A stretch of 64,000 nucleotides of DNA from Diadema antillarum (GCF_040938485.1 NW_027272560.1:62001-126000), one strand, 5' to 3'; counted from the stretch's first letter, positions 45,957-59,095 are shown. A program made the numbers and translations. Notes: a model not told the origin generated them from the sequence alone.

Positions 45957-48508
45957 CTTTAAGTATATCCTTAGCTCGTTTCCCTTCTCCTGGAGGCTGC
46001 TGGTCTGTTGTAACAGTCTGCTCCTCATTCGAGCGGCGTATCTTATTCCCCGCACAGTGTGCAAGAACAACAACGCATTTAAGAGAAGGCACCCACCTAA
46101 AGGGCATCCAAATGCTATCAGATTTGCTTTATTATCGACGACCCAACACAGCCTATCGCTCCCATAGGAAAAGTTCAATTCTTCCCCAATGGTAAAATGC
46201 ATCGAGATACAGGTGACAACAACAGCACAAGGAAAAGCTACTGCAAAAGCTAAGTACCAAAGAAAGACTTTAGAGCTCTCAGCCGACAGTGCAAAGGTGT
46301 CTCGATCCCCAAATGTCTTGTTTAATTCAATCGCAAGAGCACTCGTTAGCGAAAATACGAGAAGCCAAAGAAAGTGTCCCAAAATGGCAACGCCCATACA
46401 GACGTCTCGGTTAACTGTCCCGAAGCCATTGAGCAATTGCAGGAGTTGAGCCGCGAAGAGCACGACGCAGAACGCCATTATCAACTTGTTGCTGACACAC
46501 TGGCGAAGGGCAGGGAAGGCGCTATAAGTCAGAAAAGTAAAAGAAAGCGCCACCATCGAGATACAGACGCCTACGTAGCTAAGGATCACTTGGGCGTGGT
46601 CGTACCGGTACACCGTTTCGACAACGGTCCGATTGATTGTTACGTTTTGCTCGAATTCATCTGGAACGCAAATCTGCACGTTCCCAAGCGCAGTCACCAT
46701 GTACTCGTGTGGACCTAGAACTACATCATTTATCGTGTCTAGGAGAAACCCTGATGTCCCATTAAGAAGCTTGAAGGAACTTGCATTTCGAGAGATCGTG
46801 GGGCACAAGAGGAATGATCCTTTGTCGCAAACCCTTACAGAAAGCTCCTTGGAGTATCCCCTACGCGTGCCCATCCACCTGTATTCTGCTGTTAACAACG
46901 TTTCATAAGGGTGATACAATATGCCCGTCGATTCAGCCTTAGCAAATGATGTGCCATTGATTTCCTGAAAGGTTACGTTGGAAATCCTCGCCATGACGGT
47001 AGGACAGAGCTGCAAGCCTTGAACGGCATCACACTTCTGATACATCACTATTTCCTTAATCGGGCACTGGGCATGTATACCTTTAGTTCTGATCGCGTTA
47101 TCCACAGTATCTTCCAGTTGAGCATAGCTAAATAGGTCAGAGTAAACGCGAAATTTCATAACCACAAAATCCTGTTCAGCTTCGACGTTGCAATCTGTTG
47201 TATTTGTATGTGAATAATTGCCATGGTAAGTGGGAAGTGTTGCGATAGGACTGAAATATTCATGGGAAAGAGACAGCGTTGACAAAACACATGATGCCAC
47301 GTTTGCAAATGTTTCACCATCCACACAAGATGGAGCAAGACTTGTTGCCACTTTTGTCTCCAACATCACCTCAAGGTCACTATTGTTGTATCCACAAGTA
47401 AGATTTCTTGGTAGGGCATCTCTGGTGCAGTGCTCGTCTTGCAGGGTGTAACCAGGCGCGCACGTAACGGCCACACAAGTATCCAGCAAAAAGTTGTACA
47501 CTTCTCCGAGTTGGCAAGAAATAGCTGTTTCAACCACTCTGCTCCGTGAGTAGGAAATTGATACACCACTATTGCCAGTAAAATCAACAAGCACAGATAT
47601 GGGAGTAAGTCCTCCTCCTCCTCCTCCTCCTCCTTCTTCTCCCTCTCCTCCTCCGGTAGTTGACTCCTCCGGCAGTGAACAGATTCTATCAACAGTGTTG
47701 TCTTGCTCGACCTGCGTCCAGACTTGGTTTCGGACGTCTGCGTTGCACAGCTTGCAATACGGGTTCCTGTAGTACACCTTCGAGTTATGTTTGAAGACTG
47801 CACTGAAAAGGTTACATTTTTCCACAAGGACCTTCTGCGCATCTCGGGGACACGTGTCGATGTAGTTGACATCCGTGCACGCGCGGACGACCGAAGATGA
47901 CGCATTTGCGGGTGGAGCGATTTCCAATTTGCACACCCCAGATACCAACAACTTTCTAACAAGCCTATCATCCTGCTCAAGTGCTGTTGCGTACGTTGGG
48001 GGACAGGATAATTGTAGAGTCCACGGTTGTAGCTCTTCGCCCAATTCGACACCATTACATATTGCGCAATATACATTTCTGTACGTGATCGACTGAAAAG
48101 ACATAACTGGAATGGCGCCAACGTCAGGGATTACCTGAGACTTTGCGACGTCACACTTAGACCTGACATTTTCGTCGGTCCATCCTGAGGGACACGACAC
48201 AACCATCAAATACGCTCTTCTGGTTTCTCTGAGATGTACGCACGACAGCTGATCACGTGATAGTCCTTCCACCGACTGACGAAAGCGAATGTCCTCCTCA
48301 GGCTCCCCGCTGAATGCGGAGCTATCCGCGGAAGTGCATTCCTCGAAGTAGTCTGCGCAGCAGTCGTTGAAGAAGTAGCAGGCGTAGTCGCAGTGGCAAG
48401 GGATTGGGTTGCCTTCGACCTTTCGGCATCCAGAGGTTCTGCAGAGGCTGTCAGTACAAACTTGCACACTCTGATTTGCCATCAGAACCGTCTGTGAGGC
48501 GGGCTCAC
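45957..48508 (-). CDS. Exon 2 (2552 nt) of the SMB-domain receptor: somatomedin B domain, two Cys-rich YRNxxCxxCN repeats, EGF-like Cys cluster, TM1-TM5
   Basis: Acceptor ttctcctcag|GT GAG; SMB signature CHCDYACYFFNDCCADYFEEC; class B / Methuselah-type TM1 ILSYVGVCISMVALSFTFLTY, TM3 CMGVAILGHFLWL and ECL2 YGSDRLCWV; phase-0 donor AAG|GTAATT after LRIYLK. The track ORF tail VIFKKDGIVLC is intron read-through. Confidence 0.88.
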
Positions 48509-48667
48509 CTGAGGAGAAGTACGGACAATGAACATTGTGTGAAATATAGTTTTCAGGGAAGTGTATATTACAGAGACAAGGATTGGTTCCAGTCTTCCTT
48601 CATCTTTATTCACTCAGGGCCTCACCAACTCATATACGTCTTATTTCTGGTCTCGTCCATATATATG

Positions 48668-48702
<35 letters not shown>

Positions 48703-48949
48703 TAATACATGACATATACGTATTATGGCATGTTTACCTTGGAGAAAGTATTCCTATTTATTGTATTATTTATTTCCATATAGTAGCCATTTAGTCAAGT
48801 GACATGAAAATACATTAAAAACAACAACACATAAACACTAAGGCAAACACACATACACACGAATATACATATATATATACACTTTATATACAATATTTAT
48901 TATACATATATATACGTACATTCATATTTTGATATACATGTAGATGTAA

Positions 48950-48980
<31 letters not shown>

Positions 48981-49061
48981 ATGTATATATATATACATCT
49001 GTTGCATATTCAAAAAAAAAAATGTGGTGAGAACAGTAATGTAAACCCTGACGGAACGTAC

Positions 49062-49158
49062 CTGATGTACATAATCGAGGCTTGAGAAATGCAGACGCCG
49101 CGATGAGGAAAATGTAAAAGATACTTCCGTGATTTCCCATGATACCAGTCCACGTCAT
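49062..49158 (-). CDS. Exon 1 (signal peptide) of the SMB-domain class-B-type 7TM receptor
   Basis: MTWTGIMGNHGSIFYIFLIAASAFLKPRLCTS-G has a hydrophobic core. It ends at a phase-1 donor CAG|GTACGT matching the phase-1 acceptor at 48509. The start could be M1 (49158) or M7 (49140). Confidence 0.72.
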
Positions 49159-51251
49159 ACGTCACGGATAGCTGGATGTAAAGGTTTTAAACGGTTGATG
49201 AATATATCATTCCGTGACTGGATTCATTATGAAATATAATGCTATTCCAGCACGTTCAAGCTGATTTTCAAAGAATGATATAAGGACGAATGATAGCATG
49301 ATATTAACAAAAATTAATGATGCAGTGCCATTTATACACCTTGACATCAAAATAATGACAGAAGCAGGTAATTTTGCAGTCACGAATCAGGGATGTATGT
49401 CTAAAATAATATTTTGCAAACTAGGTGGGCGATGGTGTTATTGCTTATCAGTTATGTTTCGTTTTCATCTTAAACCAAAAAATGGATATAAGAATCATTG
49501 TTCTTGCTTGATGATATCTCAACTACTTCCACTACCTACTCAACTACCCTTCCACTAGAAGCAATTTTGTTGAAAATGCAGACGTGAATTTATTCTTCGA
49601 ATAATCTTTACCTTCAGTATGTCAACCGTATTGATTCCCGACAATCCGAAGCCTAAATTTGAAAGGTGACAAGTACTGTTTTGTCATTTACTCTATATTT
49701 TTGACTCTACAGTTTAAAAAAAGTGTGTATTAACGTAGTTTTATTTCACCTGTGGACTCTTGAATCAAGAAAAAAACTGTGAAACCTATGAAATCCTCTT
49801 TGCCCACTCTTTCAAATATTCCTTCGATCTCGACAGTCTATTATAGGGGTACAGTGTTACAAGTTCTACCGTGCCAAGCCTGTTATGACGTTGATGAGCC
49901 TGTTTGTAAAACTACATGTATATGTAACAATTTTATTATCATATCGAGACTCTCGAAATTACCAGCAACCGACCTCGAAAAGCTCCCGAAAGTATCACCA
50001 AACTTCAGATAACGTTTGACATGCCAAATATCTTCATCAACAGTTTGACCTGTTCACGGTCCGTACAGATGCTTTATGCCTTCTCAAGCGAAAATGAGTC
50101 CCAACTGATGGATGGTTTAGCGTGATGCAAAAAATAAAAAAAACAACAACAACAGCAATCAAACCAACAAAACACTTAATTTCTGTGTCATTTAACGCTG
50201 CCAAATACATACATCTTCAACCTTTAAACATGTGTTATGGCTGATTGACTTAGACAGGATATGCTTGACGCCAGCGGGTATCTTGGAAAGATTCGATCTC
50301 CTGCGAATTTCGCCACTAGATGTTCATCCCATAAACATGCGGCATACAGTGGGCACACAAGTGCCACACATTATATGCACTTTCGCGGGAGCAGCGAATA
50401 ATGTGCATTCAGGCTTGAGGTCAATGCCAGTTACTGATATCGTATGTTTTATCTTCTCAGTGTTTCCCAGCTCCATGAGAAAAGCGTTCAGTTGGACTTA
50501 AGAGGAGGAATTCTCACGATATTGAAGGACGTAAATAAGTTCCGTATCCTAATTATACAAGTAAATCATGCATGGGAACGTTCCAAAGGGTGTAGTACGT
50601 ATGTTATCCCTAATAAAGGAAAATCTACACATTTGTCAGTATGCAAGCGTATATCGTTATAAATGTTCTGAAACAATTTCACACGAGTACATTGGTAGTA
50701 GTTTTCCGAGCACTGTGGAACATCACTCAATGAAGTGGTGAGTTTTGTATCAGTTCCTTAAAGTTAAGTATGACGATAAAGCAACAGTATCCACGTAATC
50801 ACAAAGAAAAAAAAATGCAATATTGTATGAACTATTTTCATAATACGCCATTTTATCACAAAAGGAGCACATTATAAGGCAACCCCAGATCGAAGATATC
50901 CAGGTACCACGTGCAATGATGCACAGGTCATGATCATCATTGAATATTAACTTACCAGTATTACAATTTTATTATCATGATGTAATTAGCATACACCTTT
51001 AGGAAACTATAAGAGGAGCATGACGTGCAATGTCCTTTATCGTGTATATGGCATAATGCACTGTTGGTTTTATGCTACACAGGCCCCTGTGGCTTTTCCT
51101 GTTTATCAATTGAATTTGTTTGCATTTGTATATTTGCTTCATGACATTTCACCTTGTTGTACAAATCGATTATACTACTTTGCAGTTATTTTGTATCATT
51201 TGGATATGAAAGCAAATAAATGAAATGAAATAAAATCTACTTTAGATAATT

Positions 51252-51752
51252 GAAGACCTGAATATAAGAACGACCCAAGTCCAATTTTTTGGCCAAATTC
51301 AGTTTGACATGGGAAATTGTAGCTTATGCATGGACTCATCTTGTGTATAAATGATAAATCCAAATTACCCCCGGAAGTGCCAGAAATGAATGAGTTAAAT
51401 ATTATATTAATGTAAGAATGAAGGACTTGGGTCATTCTTACATTCATATTATAGCGCCCTCTCTCATCCTTCTCTCATCTCTGTAGCAGAATATCATGTA
51501 TATGAATCAGAGAACGACCCAAGTCCATATGATTCAAAGAACGACCCAGGTCCATCACACAAAATGGCCTCTCCACAATTAATGTAATGTTAATTGTCAT
51601 AATGATATACGTTCTAATTTGTATATACAATGTTGCCTTCCCGTCAGAGTTAAATAGAATATTATTGGACAAATAAAAAAGATATGAAGTTTTTTTAAGT
51701 TTACTCGAAATGGTCTTACATGGACTTGCGTCGTTCTTATATTCAGATACTC
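51252..51752. mobile_element. MITE with ~33-bp TIRs, AATT flanks and repeated AGAACGACCCAAGTCCA motif (Sola-like)
   Basis: gaagacctgaatataagaacgacccaagtcca versus tggacttgcgtcgttcttatattcagatactc; AATT at 51248 and 51753; motif occurs about 5 times in both orientations. Confidence 0.65.
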
Positions 51753-53623
51753 AATTATTCAGCAGCAATAACACCCCGGACCAATTGCTCACTCTTCAAA
51801 ACCCGAAATGAATCCTTGTTTGCCGATTGCTATATGTTTCTACTTTCCACCTGATGGTTGTTCGTATTCTTTCTCATTCTGCGATTGTCGTCTCTAAATG
51901 AAAATAAAACAAAAAGTGACGACAGTGGTGTGGTGAAGTGGATAAAACCCTAAACGTCAAGACCAGAGATCCGTGATTCCAAACGACTTTCCCCACGTGC
52001 ATTATAGGTACCCGGTAACTCATGGTGTAACAATAATGAGAAAGATAGTGACAGAGCCGTCATGGAGAACAGTAAATATACAAAATCGTTATTGATGTTA
52101 TTGATATCGAATTAAAGCAATACCAATGATGATTATAACGAAAATGATAATAAGGTGCTGGTATGGCGTCTGGCTACATGGAAGAGGCTACTCCAGCTTA
52201 AACAAAAATACCATGCTATGGGACACGTGATTTCTTCAAGTACCCAGAGCAATATAATTGCAAATCAATGTTAATGCATCAATGTATTACACCAAACACT
52301 TTTAGCTAATGCGATGAAAGGTCACTATGGTTACAATACTTACAACATCAAAGATGCCCAATTCTCGGATGTGCTGTATGAAACCAAGTCATTCGATTTA
52401 TCCTCGTCAAAAGAAATGTCGATCTATCGACTAGCGTCAGCTTCAATCATTTCTAAAGAAACTATAGTGAATGTTAAAACACTTTTTTCTGGCGGGAGAG
52501 AGTTCAGTAAAGGCGCTAGCGAAGAGCTTTATCCGCTAAATTTTGATCCATCCCACACATGCGGCTAAAGCTATGGTTAAACATAACAAGCGATCGCGGG
52601 AGCAAAGTGTTATAGTGCATTTGAGACCACGCTTCCTCGCCTGTACCACGTGACCTATCCGCGAAATGCGAAGATAACACCAAGGTGGTCCTAAATTAAC
52701 ATCATATTATCTGCAGCACCGGACATATTGACGAGCTTAGAGGTGTGTTAGTTAAACTGGTAGACCTTCATTTTCTCCTGGAAACAAAATAAATGTCTTA
52801 TCGTTTTTTAAATAGGGGTTTGATTTTATGACACTTTAGGAAATTAGCCCTGCCGCCTTTATTTGGATTCAAGGACCGAACGAGATTATTTGAATATGTC
52901 AGACCGAGAGAACTAGTTCCTTATGATACCGACGTAATATCTGCCATTTGACTTCTGTGTAAATATTAAACTGTAATATTGACATTTCTAATTACCGCGG
53001 AATCAACCAATCAGACAACATGCCCCAGAAGTAATAATGATGTTAATAGCATAGGCAAAGACCTCCAAGTCGTCATACATTCACTTTCAACAAGATCTAA
53101 ACAGATTTGTGTGTGTGTGTGTGTGTGTGTGTGCGTTTTGAATCAATAAGACTTACTATAGCATTAGTTGTTGTTGTTGTTTTTGTTGTTTTTAAAAATA
53201 ACAGAAAAAAGAGAGAAAAAAATGAGACCCTTAAAAAAATAATTTGCCCCAGACAATACTGACTTAAAATCAGACCATAATAGATCTTAAACAAATAAAA
53301 CATTATTATTAGATATACAATACAATGTCTCCACGAGAGAGCTCAAAATGAATGTCACCACTATACCAATGGACCATGGAACTACTTATAGTAGCTCTAT
53401 GATAAGACGACGTCAGTCTTGACAAACGCGAGGACATCGAGGGATTGAGCTTCCGGGGTCTATTCAGCGCAAAGCTTTCGATTTTCCATATCCCAGTCAC
53501 CTTCGGTCAGTGAAGAGAACCGACTGTTAATTAGTTTGACGCTATGGATTAGGCGTTTAGTGTGTGTTCGAATAGAGCCTGAGAACATAGAAAAAAAATC
53601 ATAATGTCTGTCAATCATTTCAG

Positions 53624-53625
<2 letters not shown>

Positions 53626-53701
<76 letters not shown>
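53626..53701. repeat. (CA)n microsatellite, ~76 bp
   Basis: Direct reading. Confidence 0.95.
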
Positions 53702-53705
<4 letters not shown>

Positions 53706-54889
53706 CCACAACATAGAGCTAATAGTCTATTCATTAGCTCCATGCTCATACGCGAAAAACAAGTACGTACATACTGAAGATATATATAAATTTCTCTTTA
53801 ATCACTTTTTCGTGATCTAAGTTCAATTTCGGTTCACACATCTTCAATCTGAATACAGATTTGATTTAATTTGATTCTGTTTCTGAATTTCTTTCAGATG
53901 CTTGTTTCTTTCAGATGCTTGTTACTACATTAATTGTGTTTGTCAACTTTATAATTCAGTTGCAACTGATTGACAAATTGCCCTACATCGACGTAAATAA
54001 CGTCGATGTAGGACACTTTGTCAGTCAGTTGCAATTAAAACATCACGACGGAAGAATTTCATGAATTTGAATAATTACCCAGTACCCGCTGCATGCTATA
54101 ATGAAGGATAGAGCCAACACTTGCTATCGGGCGGAAGCTCGGTGGTCTAGTAAAGATGACGCCTGTCCGGAGATTAGAATCTTGCTCGAGTGTGTACGCC
54201 CATGATTTCTTTTATCATGGCTACTACTGAAAACACTGATCAATTCAGTGCTCATTTACGTCGATGTAGGGCAATTTGTCAATCAGTTGCAATGAAAACA
54301 TCTCGACGGAAGAAATTCATGAATTTGTGTATAATTCAGCTTTTTCTTTTTACCATTTCCAGAAAATAATATGTTCCTTGTTTATGAGCATTATAAGGCA
54401 ATGAATTATATTATATTTAGGAGGTTTTATACGGTTGAATTTATGCACAAAGTATACCAGTTCTATTAATGGTGTTACCAACATGGTATCTCAACGTTGT
54501 AATATGGGTCGTGTAATATGATAGAATACCGCAATATTCCAGGACGAATGCCGGCGATCAAAGGCAGATAAATCTCTTCACTATGGATAGGGCGCCATCT
54601 ATTGACTCCCTTTCCTCTCGAGTTGTACCTGATATCGTATCCGTCTTTCTCTGTTTTGTCCATGGTATTATAAAACGGTTTACATTTATAGTTATCCTAC
54701 ACTACCATGCTTTCAATGATTCCAGAAGTCTGACAGGTCTGTTATGTTATGCTTCATTAACACAAGAGGATAATGTTTGCAGCGGAACATGCGTGTCAGT
54801 TCAGTTTATGAATAAAAAATATTATGGCAACTTACACCCATCAATGTCAAACCGCGAGTACATTAAAGCCAGAGAGATAAAGGGAAAGT

Positions 54890-55873
54890 ATGAATTATCG
54901 TATTATTTGCAATGGATCGTGGAGAAGTCATACTGATGTGTTATTTCATGAAAACAAAATTTTAAAGGTAAAGGATTTGTATTTTTTACACCTAGGACAA
55001 TTTATGTACAAACTTAATAACAATTCTCTCCCATTTGTGTTTGAGTCCATGTTCACTAAAAATAGATATGTTCATCTTTATCCTACCCGGCAATCCCACT
55101 CATTTCATTTGCCATTAACTAGGACTATGTTTGCTAAATCTATATTTTCTTTTACTGGCCCCAAATTTTGGAACTCTCTCGATAATAGTATGAAACAAGT
55201 TTTAAGTTTAAACACATTCACATTTAAACTGAAGAAGTTGTTCATAAATTCTTATATAGTTGAATGAGTTATATTTTGATTAGCCTTAATTTTGGGCTTT
55301 CTTTTTTATTCGTTATGCTCATTATTTTCTTTTATCTATTCCTTTCCTACATTATGTACATACATCTCGGTGATCCATCGCACCATGTGCCTCGCGTGTG
55401 CTGGTATAGACCCTTCGTCTCTTCTCCTTTCTCGCCTTTTTCCTGTCCTCTTGTCTCTTTCTGTTTCTTCTTTCAAAATAATTTCCTCTTTTCCTCTTTT
55501 TCCTTCACTGTTTTGTTTTTCTTTCTCTATCTTTCTCTTTACAAGAGAGGTTGCTTGTGTTTGTTTGTCCGTCTGTTTGTTTGTTTGTTTGTATAGGTCG
55601 GTATTTGTTGTGCACTTTTTATAATTATGTCTAGCTGAATATTTTTATTTTTTAGTCTTTTTGTCCACGAGGAGACTGCAAAATACAAGCTTAGCTTTTT
55701 AGCATGTCTCCTCCATTTCCTGCAACTTTAGTTTTAATTCAATTTTCATTTGCTTTTGTAATGCGTAGTATTGTTAACGTCACGTATTTTTCTTTGTTAC
55801 TACATTGTATTGATGTTGTGTTATTTTGTGTATGAAAATATTATTGGAAATGAAATAAATGAAATGAAATGAA

Positions 55874-55875
<2 letters not shown>
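54890..55875 (+). mobile_element. 5'-truncated CR1-like LINE fragment with 3' UTR
   Basis: SHTDVLF...HLYPTRQS...FTGPKFWNSL, same clade signature as 37755-38711; stem-loop at 55669-55713; (AAATG)n tail. Confidence 0.85.

Positions 55876-55916
<41 letters not shown>
55876..55916. repeat. (GATA)n microsatellite abutting the CR1 tail
   Basis: Direct reading. Confidence 0.9.
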
Positions 55917-55917
<1 letters not shown>

Positions 55918-56716
55918 GAGAGAAGAGTATGGTGCTTGTATATATAGCATTAGAAAGAATATTTTTCGAGAAGTTCTTTCCCAACTAAAGAGTGTTATAT
56001 GTGTGTTTTTCTTTTCTATATGTCTTTGCCTTCAGGATACCGTGTATTCTCCTCAACAGCCGTCTTTATAAACCCACCTATAATGTAAATGTACAGTTTC
56101 TTCATCTAGGTTTGCAGGCAAAGTTTTATTATGGGAAAGGGACTGTTGCCAGAGACTGATCACCGGGCGTGGCACAAGAAGCAGGCCATCTTAAATCCTG
56201 TGTTCAAACGACGGTTAGTCGAATACAAATTGTGCGTCTTTTGCACCATGTAAAAGTGCGAACCGATGTGTGCTCCAGGACATGGCCAAAATCCCTTGTG
56301 GAGATGGGTAAGAGTATTATATCACCTAAATAGATATATCTCCCACTAAATAACATATCTCCCACTGTATCAATAGGAATAGATAATGCTTTAGCTGGAT
56401 GCTCTACACTGTTGCAGGCAATCGGGAGTTAATATTGTTAAAAAGGCCAAGTTGTTGTAAAGAACAACAACAAAAAAGACATTATTACACCCTCGCAATT
56501 ATGTGTGGTACCGGACGATTGTATTTGAAACTTGTAGGTGCCACCAGGAATGACTGCTGATTATTCCTCTCCTTTTGTATACCACACTACACAACAAAGC
56601 CAGATGTCTCTCCCTCTGCTTTGATTGATGGAATTAGGAGGCGCTGTTCACAACTTCTCGTGGCGACATGACTTTGCAGTGATTTCATGGCACTATACAT
56701 GCACGGAGACCCATTC

Positions 56717-56876
56717 CTGGGCGGATCGGGGGGGGGGGGGGGCACCGGGCGCGCGCCCTATCTTTATCTTTATTTAAAACAAAAGAAATAAAAGGAAAAA
56801 GTGGGGGAGGGTGCGTGCGCCCCCTTTAATCTTGTAAAGGCGCCTCCCCTTTACTGAATTCCTGGATCCGCCCCTT
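56717..56876. mobile_element. Second GGCGGATC-family MITE with apparent 5-bp TSD CATTC
   Basis: ctgggcggatc / ggatccgcccctt; CATTC at 56712-56716 and 56877-56881; poly-G tract. Confidence 0.6.
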
Positions 56877-58986
56877 CATTCACTTCAGGAACCACCTTTT
56901 TTAATTGTTTCATGCTTGATCTCAAGATATTGGATAGTTTTTTAAGTGAATTGTCACCCTATATATACCGATAAGCGTCATTTGTTCAGGCGGTAAATCC
57001 CGGCGCTGAATTCAGACGAAATTTGAATTTGACCGAAAGAGAAGAGTTTCCTCTCCAGCTGCGTGATTGAAAAAAAAAATAGATTACACTGATATTTCTT
57101 GATTTGTTTGCTTGTGTTATTTGTTTATTGTATCGATTTGTTTGAATGTTTCCAACTCGTATCCAACTTGTATCCCCAAGTTACCAGCACTCGAACCGAC
57201 AGAATTCCTCTTACGAGACATCGCAGTGAAGAGGACCCCCCCCCCCCCCAAAAAAAAGGAGAAGGTTATTTCGTGTACATAAATACGATAGATCTAAAAA
57301 AGAAAAAGTTTCAAAGCCCACGCTCTTCACACGAAAATCTGGATAAAGTGATAAGTAACGCGTGTTAATTGCTGTAATGTGTAAATGTAATTATATCTTG
57401 ACGACGTTGAGGACGAGTACCGAGTATACTCGGGCAAACGTCTATGGAAAATGCGTATTGTAGCAAAATCAAACCGTCCTCAACGGGTTAATCCCACAGC
57501 TCGAGTCGTCGTGAAGATGTTCTACAACTTTGATTGTAGAAATTACGATTAACAAAATTACCCCATCCTCGATGAAGTTCAGCTACAATATCAAAGTATG
57601 GGTTATGAGTTGTCTTCAATTTGTCTCCACCTATTCAAAATGAAATTTGTAAGACTGCATAACTGCTGATCTACGCTTTAATAAACATGTCGCAAAAAAG
57701 GAACAAAGGGGAATAGAACCTGTAATCTACTACTTTCCGGGCAGCGACACCACCACCATGCAGACTCACCCTGGCTGCAGGCAGCGCCAAGATGAACTTG
57801 GAATAAATACCCAAGGTCCGAAATTCCGACATTACTATGTTAATAGACCAGTTCGTAATTCCACTTTGCGCATGAGCAGAAAAAGGTCATTTGTACCAAC
57901 AGGCATTCTGATTTGTAAATTCACTGAGATAAGCATCTACGATGTGATGATTATTCATGTATTCTTATCTAAATCGCGCTTGCCAGCATATCCACCTGAC
58001 AGCAAGAATGGTATTTCGCAGTATAAAAGGAAATGGGCTGTAATTGCATTCAATACAAAACAATGAAATGGATGCCAGCTAAATTGTCAACTGATGTAGT
58101 ATTCTGATCACCTTGTCTCAACGCAAGTTCATTCTTTGTTTGAACATGAATTCCATAAATTGTTACGTCGGGCAAGCTTATGCATTATGCCGCTTTGAAA
58201 AAGAGAGAAGTGCTTAACCAACTGAAAAAAAAACAGAGAAAGGTCGATCATTTGTACCAATGTGTACATGAGCTAATTACGAACTGGCTTATTGTCCAAG
58301 GCGGACAAGGCATATCAAATGAAAGCAAGAGATTATCAAAGCAGAGGGGTGAAGATACGGAGAGAGAGTTCTCTTCAATTTGTCTGCCCTCGGCACAAAT
58401 GAAATATGTAAGACCGCAACTGCTTATCTACATTTTTAACAAACATGTCGAAAAAAAAAGGGATAACTCTCCTGTTTCCAACATGTTTGAATTTTCATTG
58501 TGCAAATAATTTAGTGATATCACAGTGGTTCTCTAAGGGTTGAAGGGGCAAGCTCCTATACGCATCCGCTACGCACCCTGTATGCTGTGGTACGCAGTAG
58601 GGGAAACACCGTTTGTACAGGGGGGAAAGAATGACGTCATTGCTTAAATAAGGAAACTCAATTTTCGACTCGATAAACTCGATTAAGGTTGTAGACGAGT
58701 TGGTCTGCATCAAACCCTGGTTTAGGACAATGATTTACCTAGTAAGAAGCATTTCCCTTTGGATATCGTAACTGGCGTGTTTTTACAATACAGTACTAAA
58801 ATGGTTACAATTGATATACCGAAGATTCTTTATTCAGCAGGTTCAACTATCTGAAAAGGAATAGATTCGTAGATCCAATAATGAAGAAGAGTTCGGTACT
58901 CTGAAAATTAGATGAAATACTTTAAATTCGAAACAGTGTGAAGTAATGAAAAAATAACAAGGTATACTTGAAAAGCATTTATATAG

Positions 58987-59026
<40 letters not shown>

Positions 59027-59095
59027 CATATACGTATAATTTCATTATATATGATTATTTTTATAATATTCATGTACATATAATCATATACATAT

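Noticed and set aside
45921-48482. 853-aa track ORF as a complete gene
   Set aside because: It lacks a signal peptide and TM6-7; flanking splice sites show it is an internal exon, and its last 11 residues come from intron and MITE sequence.
50230-50500. Protein-like open stretches on both strands (also the 84-aa ORF at 52314-52568)
   Set aside because: No recognisable domain, an in-frame stop on the minus strand and no convincing splice context; possibly decayed TE sequence.
51925-52040. Degenerate SINE-like head (gtggtgtggtgaagtggataaaacc)
   Set aside because: A-box-like only; the B box is too decayed to support a feature.
57605-58475. ~110-bp diverged direct repeat pair about 760 bp apart
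   Set aside because: Old and degenerate, with no TIR, TSD or coding signal to support a call.
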